NCBI RefSeq assembly: GCF_003918875.1
Contig: NW_025767351.1
Span: 186,001-250,000 of the forward strand
From: Haliotis rubra
Lineage: Eukaryota
Reading direction: 5' to 3'
Length of the DNA: 64,000 bases
The translations under genes and the position numbers were made by a program. The notes under the pieces were generated by a model. The model was not told the origin of the DNA. It did no database searches and was given only the letters and a program-made list of their open reading frames with translations. This document shows positions 38,480 through 50,500 of this stretch, in pieces (position 1 is the stretch's first letter; each line of letters begins with the position of its first letter).

Positions 38480-40613
38480 GTAAACACGGCGTATTGCTCG
38501 ACAGGAATGGAAACTTGACTGTTGAGACACTGACCGCATCTATTTTGGTGGTCTAGTGGATAGAATGTCTGCTTGAAGGGTGGAAGACGCTGAAAAATAG
38601 TACTCGTTGTTCTACCATGAGGTCACTTCATCAGTTCGCAACTTGATGACATCATAAATTGGACGACGCTATATTGTTGTCAGTTCTTCCCCATAGATGC
38701 AGATAAATGCTATGTTAGAGCGAACGCTCACGCGTGGGTGATAAATAGCCATCGGTAATGGGAGAAAAGATACCGATAATGGCCGTCAATGGTTTGTATT
38801 TCTGGGAAAATTCAGAAAATACTGAACTTACCCCGCTATAAATGGATTCGTCTCACTTTGCCGAGCTTGGAGCGTCTTCATGCTGTCATCATTATCTAAA
38901 TACGGGTAAATGTTTTTGAAGCTTGCAAATGTTATTGATATCCTTTAAACGGCGGTACATAATGTTGATATCTCGTAGAAGAAATAAACGACTCGTGGTC
39001 TTTGGTTATTGAAAACACGATAGGGAGAATATAAACAGACATATATGTAGATGGCGTTCCCGACAAAATATATAGATTATTGATAACCCGCTGTGACACC
39101 AATGACCTTATATCGTAATATGCATATTTAATACTTACATATCACAGACAAGAGTTCAACCAAATAGGGAACGTGTGTTACATGTTTTCGGAGAGCGCCT
39201 GTAGCTGTTAGTATTGGTTTGTAAGTGCAGGATACTATATACTACTCGAAACAAGTTAAAGAACACGGTGGTGTATGTATGACTATGATTCATGTGTCAT
39301 GGCTAGTCGATATTGCAACACACGCTACCAGTTGTGTGAGTTCCATCTTTTCGGAGAGGTCCTTTAGTTCCTGGGATTGGTTTGTAAGTGCAAGATACTA
39401 TACAATACTGCTCAGCGAATGTAAAGATTTAGTGTATGACTATGATTAATCCGTCACGGCTGGCGGGTTAAGCAAAACACAGGCATCCAATTGTGTGAGT
39501 TCCTTAAATTGTTTTGAGTGGTATATATAGTACATAAGCGTGGCAAGTGACAGGTTATTACCAAACAGTAAACTACTTTTATGACGAACACTCTTGTAAC
39601 AAACTGACTGATTTTAGGAACTGTTGGTTTGGGCGGGGTCTTTTTTGGCCCGAAGACTTAATGTAGATTTTAACAAAACATGTATGAGATTCCAGAAAGC
39701 CTGGTCATTAATTGAATCATCTATCCAACCTTTTTGCACCCAGGATGTTTAACTGTATCGAATTCGTCACAGATCATCTCCCGATACATCGTCTGCTGCA
39801 ACGTTGATCCTTGTTCAGTTATCGATTCCTTCTTGAACGCCAAATACCACACAACGCACCGTTGGTGGGTCGAAGGTTCAGTGCCATCAACACAAAATAG
39901 TGTTTGTAACCAAACCATCCCAGTCCCGACACATTCAATCCAATGACACCATTTATTCCATTTGGAACAATTGCTTTTAGTACTTGCAAATCAATACGTT
40001 ATTTGGTGGTCACTGGTCATGCAATAAAACTGATTACAGGAGATAACGGTGTTTACCGAGCAGTTGTCTGTAGGCAGGACTGGCAGTCCGGACACTGCAA
40101 TAACATTAGCAATGTTCCGTGCATTATCTTTGAGGCAGAAACATTACACTTAATCTACTCGAACGGCGTCTCTCTAGGACCGTAATGCGGTTCCAGCGAC
40201 AATGTTGGGATTGTTTTAGCGATGTGTTGTTGCATCTATGTTTGTTAACAAAACAGTTTGTTAGGAAAACACGTAGACTAATGCATTTGCACTGTTGATG
40301 ATGGTAAACATGGCCGTATATGATGGCATCTGTTGACATATATCTTGTTATTCTCTCGAGGATCGGGGACAAGGTACGCATAATGGAGAAAAAACTGAGT
40401 GCATTGTACGTTGTGCAATCTGTCCAGGGTTGGTTATATTGGTTCTCGGGGAACGGTGAAACACTGGTTTGTTGTATTTGTTGCGAGTTTGATCCTTCAA
40501 CACTTGTCTCTTGGGTGTCACAGACTTGTAAACGTCAAAGACATCGTTAACATGTTTGCCTCTCATGTGACGTTACACGCAATACACCCACTCCTTATCC
40601 TGTGTGGGGCAAT

Positions 40614-40768
40614 GGGGCGGTGGGTAGCCTAGTGGTTAAAGAGTTCGCTCGTCACGCCGAAGAGCCGGGCTCGATTCCCCACATGGGTACAAATATGTGA
40701 AGCCCATTTCTGGTGATGTTGCTGGAATATTGCTAAAAGCGGTGTAAAACCACACTCACTCATTCACT
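40614..40768 (+). mobile_element. SINE family 1
   Basis: Family body; absent from the paralogous site near 37070. Confidence 0.88.
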
Positions 40769-40829
40769 TACCCTGTGTGCAAGTGCGACACAAAATATAT
40801 ATTTGTACGTTGGTTGGCTTTAGTTTTGC

Positions 40830-41306
40830 TTGTTGTTTTCACGGGAAACACTGCAATATTCCAGCTATGACGGCTGCCTGTAGTTCATCGAGCCTGGACA
40901 AGACAATACAGTGATTGACATCATGAGCATCGACCGAGGCATAAGTATGGAATCCGAGAAGGGACACTGACCACCCATTAGTCGTCTCATTGTCGACCCT
41001 CTCAAAACAAATAAAATGAGGTCCAAAATAGAGCCAAGGTCTCAGCGATCCCCGACATCGCGACAATGCGACAAATGGCCTAATGTCGCGTTGTCGCGAT
41101 GTCGATTGTCGGCCAGAGTTTGGTTAATTTTGCCTCATTTTTACTTGTATTTGAGAGGGTGACAACGCGACAATGCGACAACGCGACAATGTCCCTTCCA
41201 GGATTCCATACATAAGCGATACGATGACTTGCATCAACCAACCTGACCACCCATTAGTCGTCTCTTACGACAAGCGTGGGTTACAAGCTAAGCCGGATTT
41301 CCACGG
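40830..41306 (-). mobile_element. Family 2 copy (in duplicated block 2), interrupted by a MITE
   Basis: Reverse complement of the family head and body. Confidence 0.75.
40946..41210. mobile_element. IS3EU-type MITE (TATGG...CCATA, 6-bp TSD cataag)
   Basis: TIR tatggaatcc..gaagggaca; TSD at 40940-40945 and 41211-41216; internal gcgacaa repeats; palindromic body. Confidence 0.75.
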
Positions 41307-41754
41307 CTATAGGTAACTTTTGAACATGTGATGATAAATCTGTTACATGTGTCAAGAATATCGATGGTCGAAAGGTATACAAACCTGAATTCCCATAAGT
41401 CATATTTAACTTGATGTCCCGCAACGTAATACTGTTTAAATATTTCTGAAAGAAACAGCATAAACTCACTCACTCATCCATCTGACCATGCGTCGCTCTA
41501 CCTCTCTGCCATTAGACTGCTTTACTGCCTCTGAAGAGAGTCAATGCTTGGTATTCCTTTGCACTAGCCATCTTTGTTTAAATAAAAGCATTTCAGACAA
41601 AATCCTACGAAATCCCTGCTAAAGACTCTGCACAGTATTTTACTGGTGCTTTTATCATTTGGGTCATTGTTTCATAGGTTTTCTGTATGATATGTTGATA
41701 GGCTTTGATTCGTCATGACAACTGATACTTTAAGTTTCCTTTGCATCACATTCT

Positions 41755-41952
41755 CGTGTTTACATATACAGATATTGAAGCACACGTGTTTACATATACA
41801 GATATTGAAGCACACGTGTTTACATATACAGATATTGAAGCACACGTGTTTACATGTACAGATATTGAAGTAAACGTGTTTACATATACAGATATTGAAG
41901 CACACGTGTTTACATATACAGATATTGAAGCACACGTGTTTACATATACAGA
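41755..41952. repeat. 30-bp minisatellite, ~6.5 copies
   Basis: Unit tacatatacagatattgaagcacacgtgtt. Confidence 0.95.
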
Positions 41953-42271
41953 AGGATGTTAATAAGTCAAATATCTTCATATTAAAGTGAGTGAGTGACT
42001 ATGCTTTTGCACCGCTGTTAGCAATACTCCATGATAGAACCACTAGGCTGCCCCACCGTCCCCTTCATATAATAGGGGAGACTGGTAACCTAGTCATCTA
42101 CAGCACAGCAGTTCAATTCGCTGTTGAGAATTGCACAAGACACCTGTGATCAAGTGTTCGAATCTCAGTCCGTCCTGATAATAAGCCGAATCTTGTCAGC
42201 ACCGTACCCTTGCTCATGGATTTTACCGAAGTGGTAAAAAGCTACATCACGTGGACCTTTCATCCAACACA

Positions 42272-42423
42272 GGGCGGTGGGGTAGCCCAGTAGTTAAAGC
42301 ATTCGCTCGCCGCGCCGAAGGCCCAGGTTCGATTCCCCACATGGGTACAATGTGTGAAGCCCATTTCTGGTGTCCCCCGATGTGATATTGCTAAAAGCGG
42401 CGTAAAACTAAACTCACTCACTC
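42272..42423 (+). mobile_element. SINE family 1 (TSD tccaacaca)
   Basis: Family body, TSD. Confidence 0.9.
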
Positions 42424-42486
42424 GTCCAACACAAAGTGACAAGCCGTGATATGACTTGAATATTGTTCAACATGAGGTCAAACAAT

Positions 42487-42813
42487 ACTCACCCCTATCT
42501 ACTCACTCCTATCTACTCACCCCTATCTACTCACTCCTATCTACCCACCCCTATCTACCCACCCCTATCTACTCACCCCTATCTGGGGCGGTGGGGTAGC
42601 CTAATGGTTAAAGCGTTGGCTCGTCACGCCGAAGACCCGGGTTCGAATCCCCACATGGGCACAATGTGTGAAGCCCATTTCTGGTGTCCCCCGCCGTGAT
42701 GTTGCTGGAATATTGCTAAAAGCGGCGTAAAACCAAACTCAGTCAGTCAGTCAGTCACCCCTATCTACTCACTCCTATCTACTCACCCCTATCTACCCAC
42801 TCCTATCTACTCA
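42487..42813. repeat. 14-bp minisatellite (ctatctactcaccc) split by a SINE
   Basis: Seen directly. Confidence 0.9.
42585..42754 (+). mobile_element. SINE family 1 inserted in a 14-bp minisatellite
   Basis: Full length, flanked by tcacccctatct. Confidence 0.9.
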
Positions 42814-43548
42814 TTGCTATTAATCTATGGAGCCGGGTTATTGTTGATTTTAAGATACATTCACACCCCTTCCCCCAAAATGAAAGAACCTTTATGTCTG
42901 GCTTCTCTGTGCCATATATATCTGCTGAAGTGTTTCTGTCGAAGAACACACGATTCTTTCATAATATTATTGATAATCTGTCCTCTAGGTATCTCCTTAA
43001 TTCCAAATCTAAATGTGCTTTTCCGCAAACAGAAATATACTCCTGGTTCATAGCTCTTGGCATTTCTTTGTAACAGTATCTGAAATCCTGCTGATCTTTG
43101 TGAAACGGAGCATGGTATTTTGTGATTTATAATCGTCTCGTTTCAGATTACTTTTTATCGAAATAACTCGAAATGGAATTGGTTTAGTGCTGTAGAGGCC
43201 GGATTAATAGATCGTGTGGTTAGGCGTACTGCAATATGTCAATCATTCCGTATATGGTCAACTGAATCACAGGTCGCCCACATAAATATACTGATGTGCA
43301 GAAAAAACTATACACTTGTTTGAGACTGGCTGCATAAAACACAACTAAGAAACGGTTATTGGATGGTGATGTATGTAACATGGTTATCATGGCTGTGCTT
43401 TGGAACTTATATTTATCATGAATAGGCGACTGATTTCGGCCAAGTAACGTTTAGGTAATGATTGGAAACTGTTGGTCAAAATTCATTTTGAGAGTACACT
43501 TTCTTTTGCCTAGCAGTGTAACTTTAAAAGTGGTGATTTTGGCTTTAT

Positions 43549-43711
43549 GAATGACTGACTGACTGACTGACTGACTGAGTTTGGTTTACGCCGCTTTTAG
43601 CAATATTCCAGCAACATCACGGCGGGGGACACCAGAAATGGGCTTCACACATTGTACCCATGAGGGAATTCGAACCCGGGTCTTCGGCGTGACGAGCCAA
43701 CGCTTTAACCG
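43549..43711 (-). mobile_element. SINE family 1, (tcag)n subfamily
   Basis: Family body. Confidence 0.88.
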
Positions 43712-43800
43712 GCTGTATGAATGAATATTTATCCATATAGAGATCAATAAACCGCGTTGCTATGATTACCAAAACGTATTTACATCTTTTTGTACTTCAG

Positions 43801-43877
43801 ATTCTTTTGAAGTCTTCTCGAATGGCTACCTGATACACTCAAAGCTGGAGATGGGAAGCATGCCACAGATCAAACAG
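43801..43877 (+). CDS. MIEN1: Selenoprotein exon 3: (D)SFEVFSNGYLIHSKLEMGSMPQIKQ
   Basis: tttttgtacttcag| acceptor, cag|gtaatg donor; matches the Rdx signature FEVxxNGxLIHSKLExGxxP. Confidence 0.9.
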
Positions 43878-44004
43878 GTAATGTAAACTTCACACCTGTA
43901 CCTGACACAGTTCGTCCTCGCGACAGCTAAATTCACAAAAACATATTGCAATTATTGTCAAATCGGAAGTGTCCAAATGATTATTTTAAGCAGGTAAAAT
44001 TATA

Positions 44005-44166
44005 ACTGACCGAGTTTGGTTTACGCCGCTTTTAGCAATATTCCAGCAACATCACGGCGGGGGACACCAGAAATGGGCTTCACACATTGTACCCATGTGG
44101 GGATTCGAACCCGGGTCTTCGGCGTGACGAGCCAACGCTTTTACCATTAGGCTACCCCACCGCCCC
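44005..44166 (-). mobile_element. SINE family 1 (TSD aaattataa)
   Basis: Family body, TSD. Confidence 0.9.
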
Positions 44167-44401
44167 TCAAATTATAAGGTCCTAGTACTTAGTCACTCAG
44201 GTAATAGCATAAGGATGTCAACATTTCATTTTGAAGTTTTGAGAAACGTTCTGCGCACACATGGACCAGCTTAAATATATGCACGGGGGGATTACAGAGT
44301 TGCAGAAGCCGTAACCGATTATACAAATACTGCCTTGTACATGTTCGGTGCCAATAGTTATGTTTACCTAAATAATATCTTCCTTTCTTACATGCATCAT
44401 A

Positions 44402-44620
44402 GACCCATCCATGAAGATCCGGGTTAGACTTCAGCAAAAATGCTTGTCGAAAGACACGACTAACGGGATCGGGTGGTCAGGCTCGATGACTTGGTTGACA
44501 CATGCTATCGAATCCCAGTTGTGTAGATCGATGCTCATACTCACTGGATTGTCTGGTCCGATTATTTACAGACCGCCGCCATATAGCTGGAATATTGCGG
44601 CGTTTAACAAACAAACAAAA
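44402..44620 (+). mobile_element. Family 2 copy
   Basis: Head, body and (aaac)n tail. Confidence 0.85.
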
Positions 44621-45349
44621 TTGCATCATGGCCAAGGGCGTGCGATCTTCTCTTAAAAAAATCTTTTCTTTATTTTCATCGAAATATAATCAATGCCATG
44701 TTGGGATCTCAAAATCTTAATTTGTTTTGCTGAGCTTTTTATTTTCTCACATGACGGTGAATGGTATTTCGTAACAAATAATTAAACACTGGTTGTGAAT
44801 CTGGTAGAATCCTTGGTCCAAAACATCTTGGTAAAGTATGAAACGCTGTTGTAGTGGTAACGAGGAATCTTTTCACGTCGGTACATTTCCTACATTCCCA
44901 GTTGAATCCTGTTGTCCATCAACACGTTTACAGTTAATTACCAGTATTGTGTACTGAACTGGCACGAAAACAAGAAAGGGTAGCAACTTCCTGGTTAATC
45001 TAACAACAGCCCAGCGCCATATTGGTCTCAGGAAGCGCCGAAAATTTATACACAATCTCAGAGTCTGTTGATCTCACTGACATTAAGAAATAATATTCGT
45101 GACAGGATCGTGTACAGGAGATAGACTTCATCTTCGGTGTCTATTTACAAGCCCCGTCTAGACTTCGTAATTAAGGCTCCGTGTGAATTTGACGCATTGT
45201 ATCAGTGTAATTAGGACACTCTGTAATTGTTGGAATACACAAGATCGATAAAAGGATAGCAGAGGGGTCAATTATTGCTTGAATTGCCCGAGTCAAAACA
45301 TACTTTTCCTCTGTTAATTTCCATTAATCAGTAGTCGAATCATTTCCAG

Positions 45350-45430
45350 GTGATGGCCGATATTGAAGCAGATAGTCATGGAGATTCCAACAAATATGGA
45401 AAGAAGTCATCACTGTGTGCAATTTTGTAA
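45350..45430 (+). CDS. MIEN1: Selenoprotein exon 4: VMADIEADSHGDSNKYGKKSSLCAIL* (CaaX prenylation box)
   Basis: catttccag| acceptor in phase 0; ends CAIL-TAA, like the CVIL terminus of MIEN1. Confidence 0.85.
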   Translation: MMADIEADSHGDSNKYGKKSSLCAIL

Positions 45431-45707
45431 CATTACCTTCATCCGAATCCTGTCTGTGATATTTCTCACACGAAGTTGTGCATTTAGATCTGAACAATGA
45501 ATAAAAGAAACCCATCTAAAGATAACCAACATCGCCCATCGATTCCCATGGACTGAAATGTCGATGGTGTCGGACAATCGTAAGTCCGAATTGGTGGAGA
45601 TGATTAAGAAAGCATCAAGTCTGCAACCAGATGTCATTTTCACCCCCCACAGATGTTCTATCATCAACAAGATTGTTTCGTGCTGCTGTGCTTGAGAATG
45701 GGCTTAA

Positions 45708-45767
45708 GAAGTCTAGATGACGGAGCATCTCCAAATGCGTGGCTGAGATGATCTTGACGGAGACTTC
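45708..45767 (+). promoter_or_regulatory. Eukaryotic SECIS element in the selenoprotein 3'UTR
   Basis: Lower stem GAAGTCT/AGACTTC; ATGA core at 45717-45720; upper stem GGAGCATCTC/GAGATGATCT (one mismatch); apical AAA; 3' TGAC; ~280 nt after the stop. Confidence 0.85.
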
Positions 45768-45943
45768 CTCACAGCACCAGGAAACACTTAGCCTTACTTC
45801 ATTCTAGACTTTCAATGGCTTTTTGTCCAAAGTGGAATTTATCGTGTACAACTCTTTATATAAAGTATCCAGGGAAAAACGTATGTGCATCATGCTATTA
45901 TTCTTTCCATTCCAATATATGCTTAATCTTTTGAGAGTAGATT

Positions 45944-46172
45944 TCGTGAAGATCCAGGTTAGGATTGGTCTTCAGCAATACATGCGTGTCGCAAAAGGCG
46001 ACTAACTGGATCGGGTGGTCAGGCTCGCTGACTTGGTTGACACATGTCATCGTATCCCAATTGCGTTGAGCGATGATCACGGTATTGATCACTGGATTGT
46101 CTGGTCCAGACTCGATTATTTACAGACCGCCGCCATATAGCTGGAACATTGCTGAGTGCAAAGTTAAACAAT
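45944..46172 (+). mobile_element. Family 2 copy, near full length
   Basis: Head tgaagatcc..ggtcttcagc..gtcg..ggcgactaa; body; tail. Confidence 0.85.
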
Positions 46173-46522
46173 AATCATTGGACTTTTTTCACCGTCATGG
46201 CTATGTACGGCATCCTTTTCTCACAGGGCAATTTAAACCTGTCAGTGTTGTATATTGCATCATGGCAGACTGCATAAATTCTCTTTTCCATTCCTTGATA
46301 AGGTCAATACTCCGTGTGTGAATTATTGGTGAGCTCTCATAACATCAACACAAAACTAATTGAAAGACATCACCACTTCACTAGTGTAAGAACATGGTGT
46401 AATTTACAACCCACCTTCACAGCAGAACCATATCCCAACACATTTCACCGTAATAAGAACTTGAACTTGTATGTAGAGTGTCGATTTCAGGCATGCAAGC
46501 AGATAAGTTTCGTTATATTGCA

Positions 46523-46666
46523 GGGCGGTGGGGTAGCCTAGTGGTTAAAGCGTTCGCTCGTCACGCCGAAGACCCAGGTTCGATTCCCCACATGGGTACA
46601 ATGTGTGAAGCCCATTTCTGGTGTCCCTGGTCGTGATATTGCTGGAATATTGCTACTCACTCACTC
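46523..46666 (+). mobile_element. SINE family 1 (TSD tcgttatattgca)
   Basis: Family body, TSD. Confidence 0.9.
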
Positions 46667-47554
46667 GTTATATTGCAAATCACTGCCCCACAGCAAGGCC
46701 TTCTGGCATTTTCTTCTGGCCATCGGGTCAAGCAACGTACAGCTGGTATGCGATCACAGCATCCATTGTTTTATACTCAGATGGGTTTTAATAACGAACT
46801 TGCAACGAAAATGTAATCTGACTGCACACAATATTGTTTGACAAGCCTAGTTTCTGGTGTTCACACTACAGTAACTTGCACTGTGGCCTGTAAGTAAGTC
46901 TGCACCTAGTAAACCAGCTGATAGATATCGCCTAAGTATAACATCAAAAACAAAATGCAGATTTTGGTCAAGAACATGTCCTAAGCAACCTGACTGTCCT
47001 GAAACTGACCAAAACAACGCTCCTCAATCACTGATTTGTACAATTCAGAATTATTTAGAGGATGCATTCATATGCATGTAGTATTTCTGCTCCATTCAGC
47101 AAGCATGCTACAATTCTGACCTTTTCTGCCTGGAATCATGGGCAGGGTACAAAACAAGCACTTTTTTTGTTTACTGACGCACTCAGTATTCCAGCAATAT
47201 GGCGACAGTCTGTGAATAATCAAGTCTGGACCAGATAATCCAGTTATCATGAGCATTGATCTGTACAATGGGGATATGAGTTACCCAAGTCAGCGAGATC
47301 AAGCACAGTATTTACAATGGGGATATTGACAATAACCAATAATGGTCATGCTTTTGACTGATGACTGAGTTTGGCACAGTATTCCAGCAACATGCACGGC
47401 CGGGGACACAGAAATTAACATATTGACAAGGTCTTACTCAATAACCACTAGGCTATGTCTTTTGAGGTGTTTGAGCAAAGAAAATACTTATTTACAAAAT
47501 ACTGTTAAGACAGGTGTTCACATCCTTGAAATTGTAATGACAAACATAACAAAC

Positions 47555-50500
47555 CATGTTATATCAATAAAGTTTAATACCTTTCTCATTCTGTACATTG
47601 CCAAACCACATCACAATGCGAACTAATACAAGATAGAAACCACACACTGTGGCCACAGGGAGACACATCAAAGTTAGGACAATAAAATAGGTAAAATCTG
47701 CTTTCTGTCAGTCGAGTCCAGTGGTGGCAGGCAGGCGGGGCCAATATCTACATGCTGAGTTACCTGGTTAACAAACCTCTATACCAACTACTGTGATCTG
47801 GCGACTGGGCTGCAGCAGAAAATGGGGAACTGTTGCCCTGGACTCAACCAGAGCTCCAGGTCCAGATTCAGGGCATCATCTCACAACCATATAAGCATGG
47901 GGCCTGATAAACACATCACCGATGCAAATATCCATTAAGAAATATGAAATACTGAGGGTGCAATTCTAGCATTCATGAATTGACAAAAATGAGCATGAAG
48001 AATAGAGGTGAAAAATATCACAATTTTGATAATAATCAAGTTCATATGAATACAAATATACAATTAAGTGTATTTCTCCCCTATACCCTGCTGTCGTCAA
48101 GCGAGACGTCTTGGGTCTACTGCAGCCCAGTTAAATGAAATGTCACGTCCATCTATATGTAATGGCTAGGGAAGGACATGGCAGCCAATATACAGATGCT
48201 GTTTCTATTCCACTATAGGATTTAGGTCTCATCTGACTAGATATGTCGTCAAGTACTGAGTAAGGCAAGAAAATAGCAGGACCCTCAATTATCCTGCACA
48301 TCTGCTTCACAAGTTGGTGACAAGGCATCAAACTACTCATGTGAACCTCAAAGGTAGCCAGTATATAGGACTGCACTTTCCAATTAATACTCTCCTTTTA
48401 ACGAGTTCAGATGAAAGAGATATAATATTCACAACTTCTTGAACTGTTTTCACCAAATTCCAAATTCTGGTAAAGCTTCAAATGAACAGTCTCCTCTTGC
48501 CACCATCTTGTGCTGACAGTTTTGTGAACACAATTATCATACCAGTCCCATTGTAAACTGTGACCAGCAAGTAAAATTTGACAATATCATTGACAGTAGA
48601 AATACACATAATATACTCAATCATACCTTTTGATTTTCCTCCTCATTTGGTCATTTAAAAGATAGTGTGACGAAAACGCAACATGAAGCACTTGTAATGC
48701 TAGTTGAATGCTTTGATTTTGATTGATAAATAAATGCAAAATACTGATAGGGGCAGAACCAAATATCAGCTAGACAGACACGTTTTTGATATCACCCAAG
48801 GAATCACATCTCGCTGATCCACAGCGCATCGCTATGTCCATAATACAAGATATATACTGATTTGGGTCGATCACCAAATGTACACACATTCAACGAACCT
48901 GAGGTATGAAGATTTTGTAACAAATGTTTATATCCAACATACTCTGAACAGGAAAGACTCAATACTGTTAAACAGCTGTGAAACTAAACGAGACTGCAAA
49001 GTAACAGGTTAGGCTTGGTGCGTTAAAAATGGGTACCCAGTAATAAATTGTGTTGCTTTTAAAGCAAGACGTGCCCGAATGGAACAACATGGACAGAGAA
49101 CACATAGTCCTGAGTTTGTGCCGACAGCAAATTGGTAGGGGGGTCCAATCAACTCCGGGGATCAAGACAAGTCACAGCCAGACAAACGGATCTGAGGGCA
49201 TCAACATGCATGTTTTGCTTTAGGAAGGATTATTATAACTGAAGATTACAAATTCAAATGAGAGTGATAAGTCTGGTGAATACTGTTCTGTGAAGCAGAA
49301 ACCAAACGGTATGGGCTGTTACAGTTGCCACCACTTAAGCAGCAGTGCCATCACATCATACCGGAGACCAAGAATACCAAACCATGCAAATGAAATCTTC
49401 GTCTGATCTTCACAAGTCAACACATGGACTACAAAGCCACTCACTCATTCAAAGTGTTCAAATATTGGAGGGCTTACATACAACGTAACACACTTGTAAC
49501 CGTACATCTTATAAGAGCAACTTCAAAGGGACAAACTATTTCCGTATTGGCTGACTGTGACTAATCTGCGGAACCTAAAATGATGTTAAGCATACGATTG
49601 TGAACTGTTGTAACAAGTAAAATAATTGCAAACTTTACTCATAATTGACAAAGGTATTAACTATTGGGATCACAACCAGAACATACAACTGTAATAAAAA
49701 ATACTTCCAGAGTCACTCATGCAGCATGTCTTGTGTGTTTTTAAAAAAAAAATCTATCTTGTAAACAAATCAAACACATGTACAAACATGACACATCACT
49801 AGTTCAAGTAAGTCGTAAGTTTCCAATCTCAAATACACATATAAGGTTATCCACAAAAATTGGAGACATGGTAAAATTTTGATATGGTCTAACTACGTAG
49901 TAAGTATCTACAGTTAAAAAATATGCTGTAAAACTATGGTCTATGCAGATGCTAAATCTACTCTTTGGTTCAACTATGTAGCATGCAAGGCAAGCAGCTA
50001 TAGAGAACATCGACTGTGCAAGTACGCGACTAAACAAGACAATTGCATACCACTAAAAAAAAGCTAAGGATCGCGGATTCTTTTATTCGACTGTAGTTTG
50101 TCATGTCATGCCATAACATGTCACAACATAACATGACAGATTAACAATAATCATAGCAAAGAATCAGTGGTCCTCAACTTTTGTTTTGCAGTATGCTTAA
50201 CAGAGTCCTGTTATGAAACAAAAACTGTACTACTGTTGTAACCTCAAGAAACAGAACCAGCGTTGTAAGTTTGGGGAAATAGTTTAAAGCTACAGAGAAA
50301 GGACACAATGAGGTATTTTTACAGAACTTACACATAAACCATGCAGAAATCTTTGATTGGCTCAAAAAGATGAACACTCAAGTTTGCAAAGTATGATTTT
50401 AATCAAGTTAACAAAACATCCACAAAATAAATATCACTCTTTCCACAAAGATCGCTTTTTTGGGTCAGCTTATGACTAGATACCACTGAAGTAATTTGGA

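Larger units (their letters stand above)
30333..41630. repeat. Tandem segmental duplication: ~30333-37770 vs ~38634-41630
   Basis: Colinear similarity; 36165-36960 vs 39705-40500 nearly identical. Confidence 0.85.

Noticed and set aside
40230-40420. Minus-strand fragments (IINSANALVYVFS/NKLF) faintly resembling a GPCR TM7, in both duplicate copies
   Set aside because: Needs several frameshifts and lacks ordered upstream helices; cannot be supported without tblastn or HMM search
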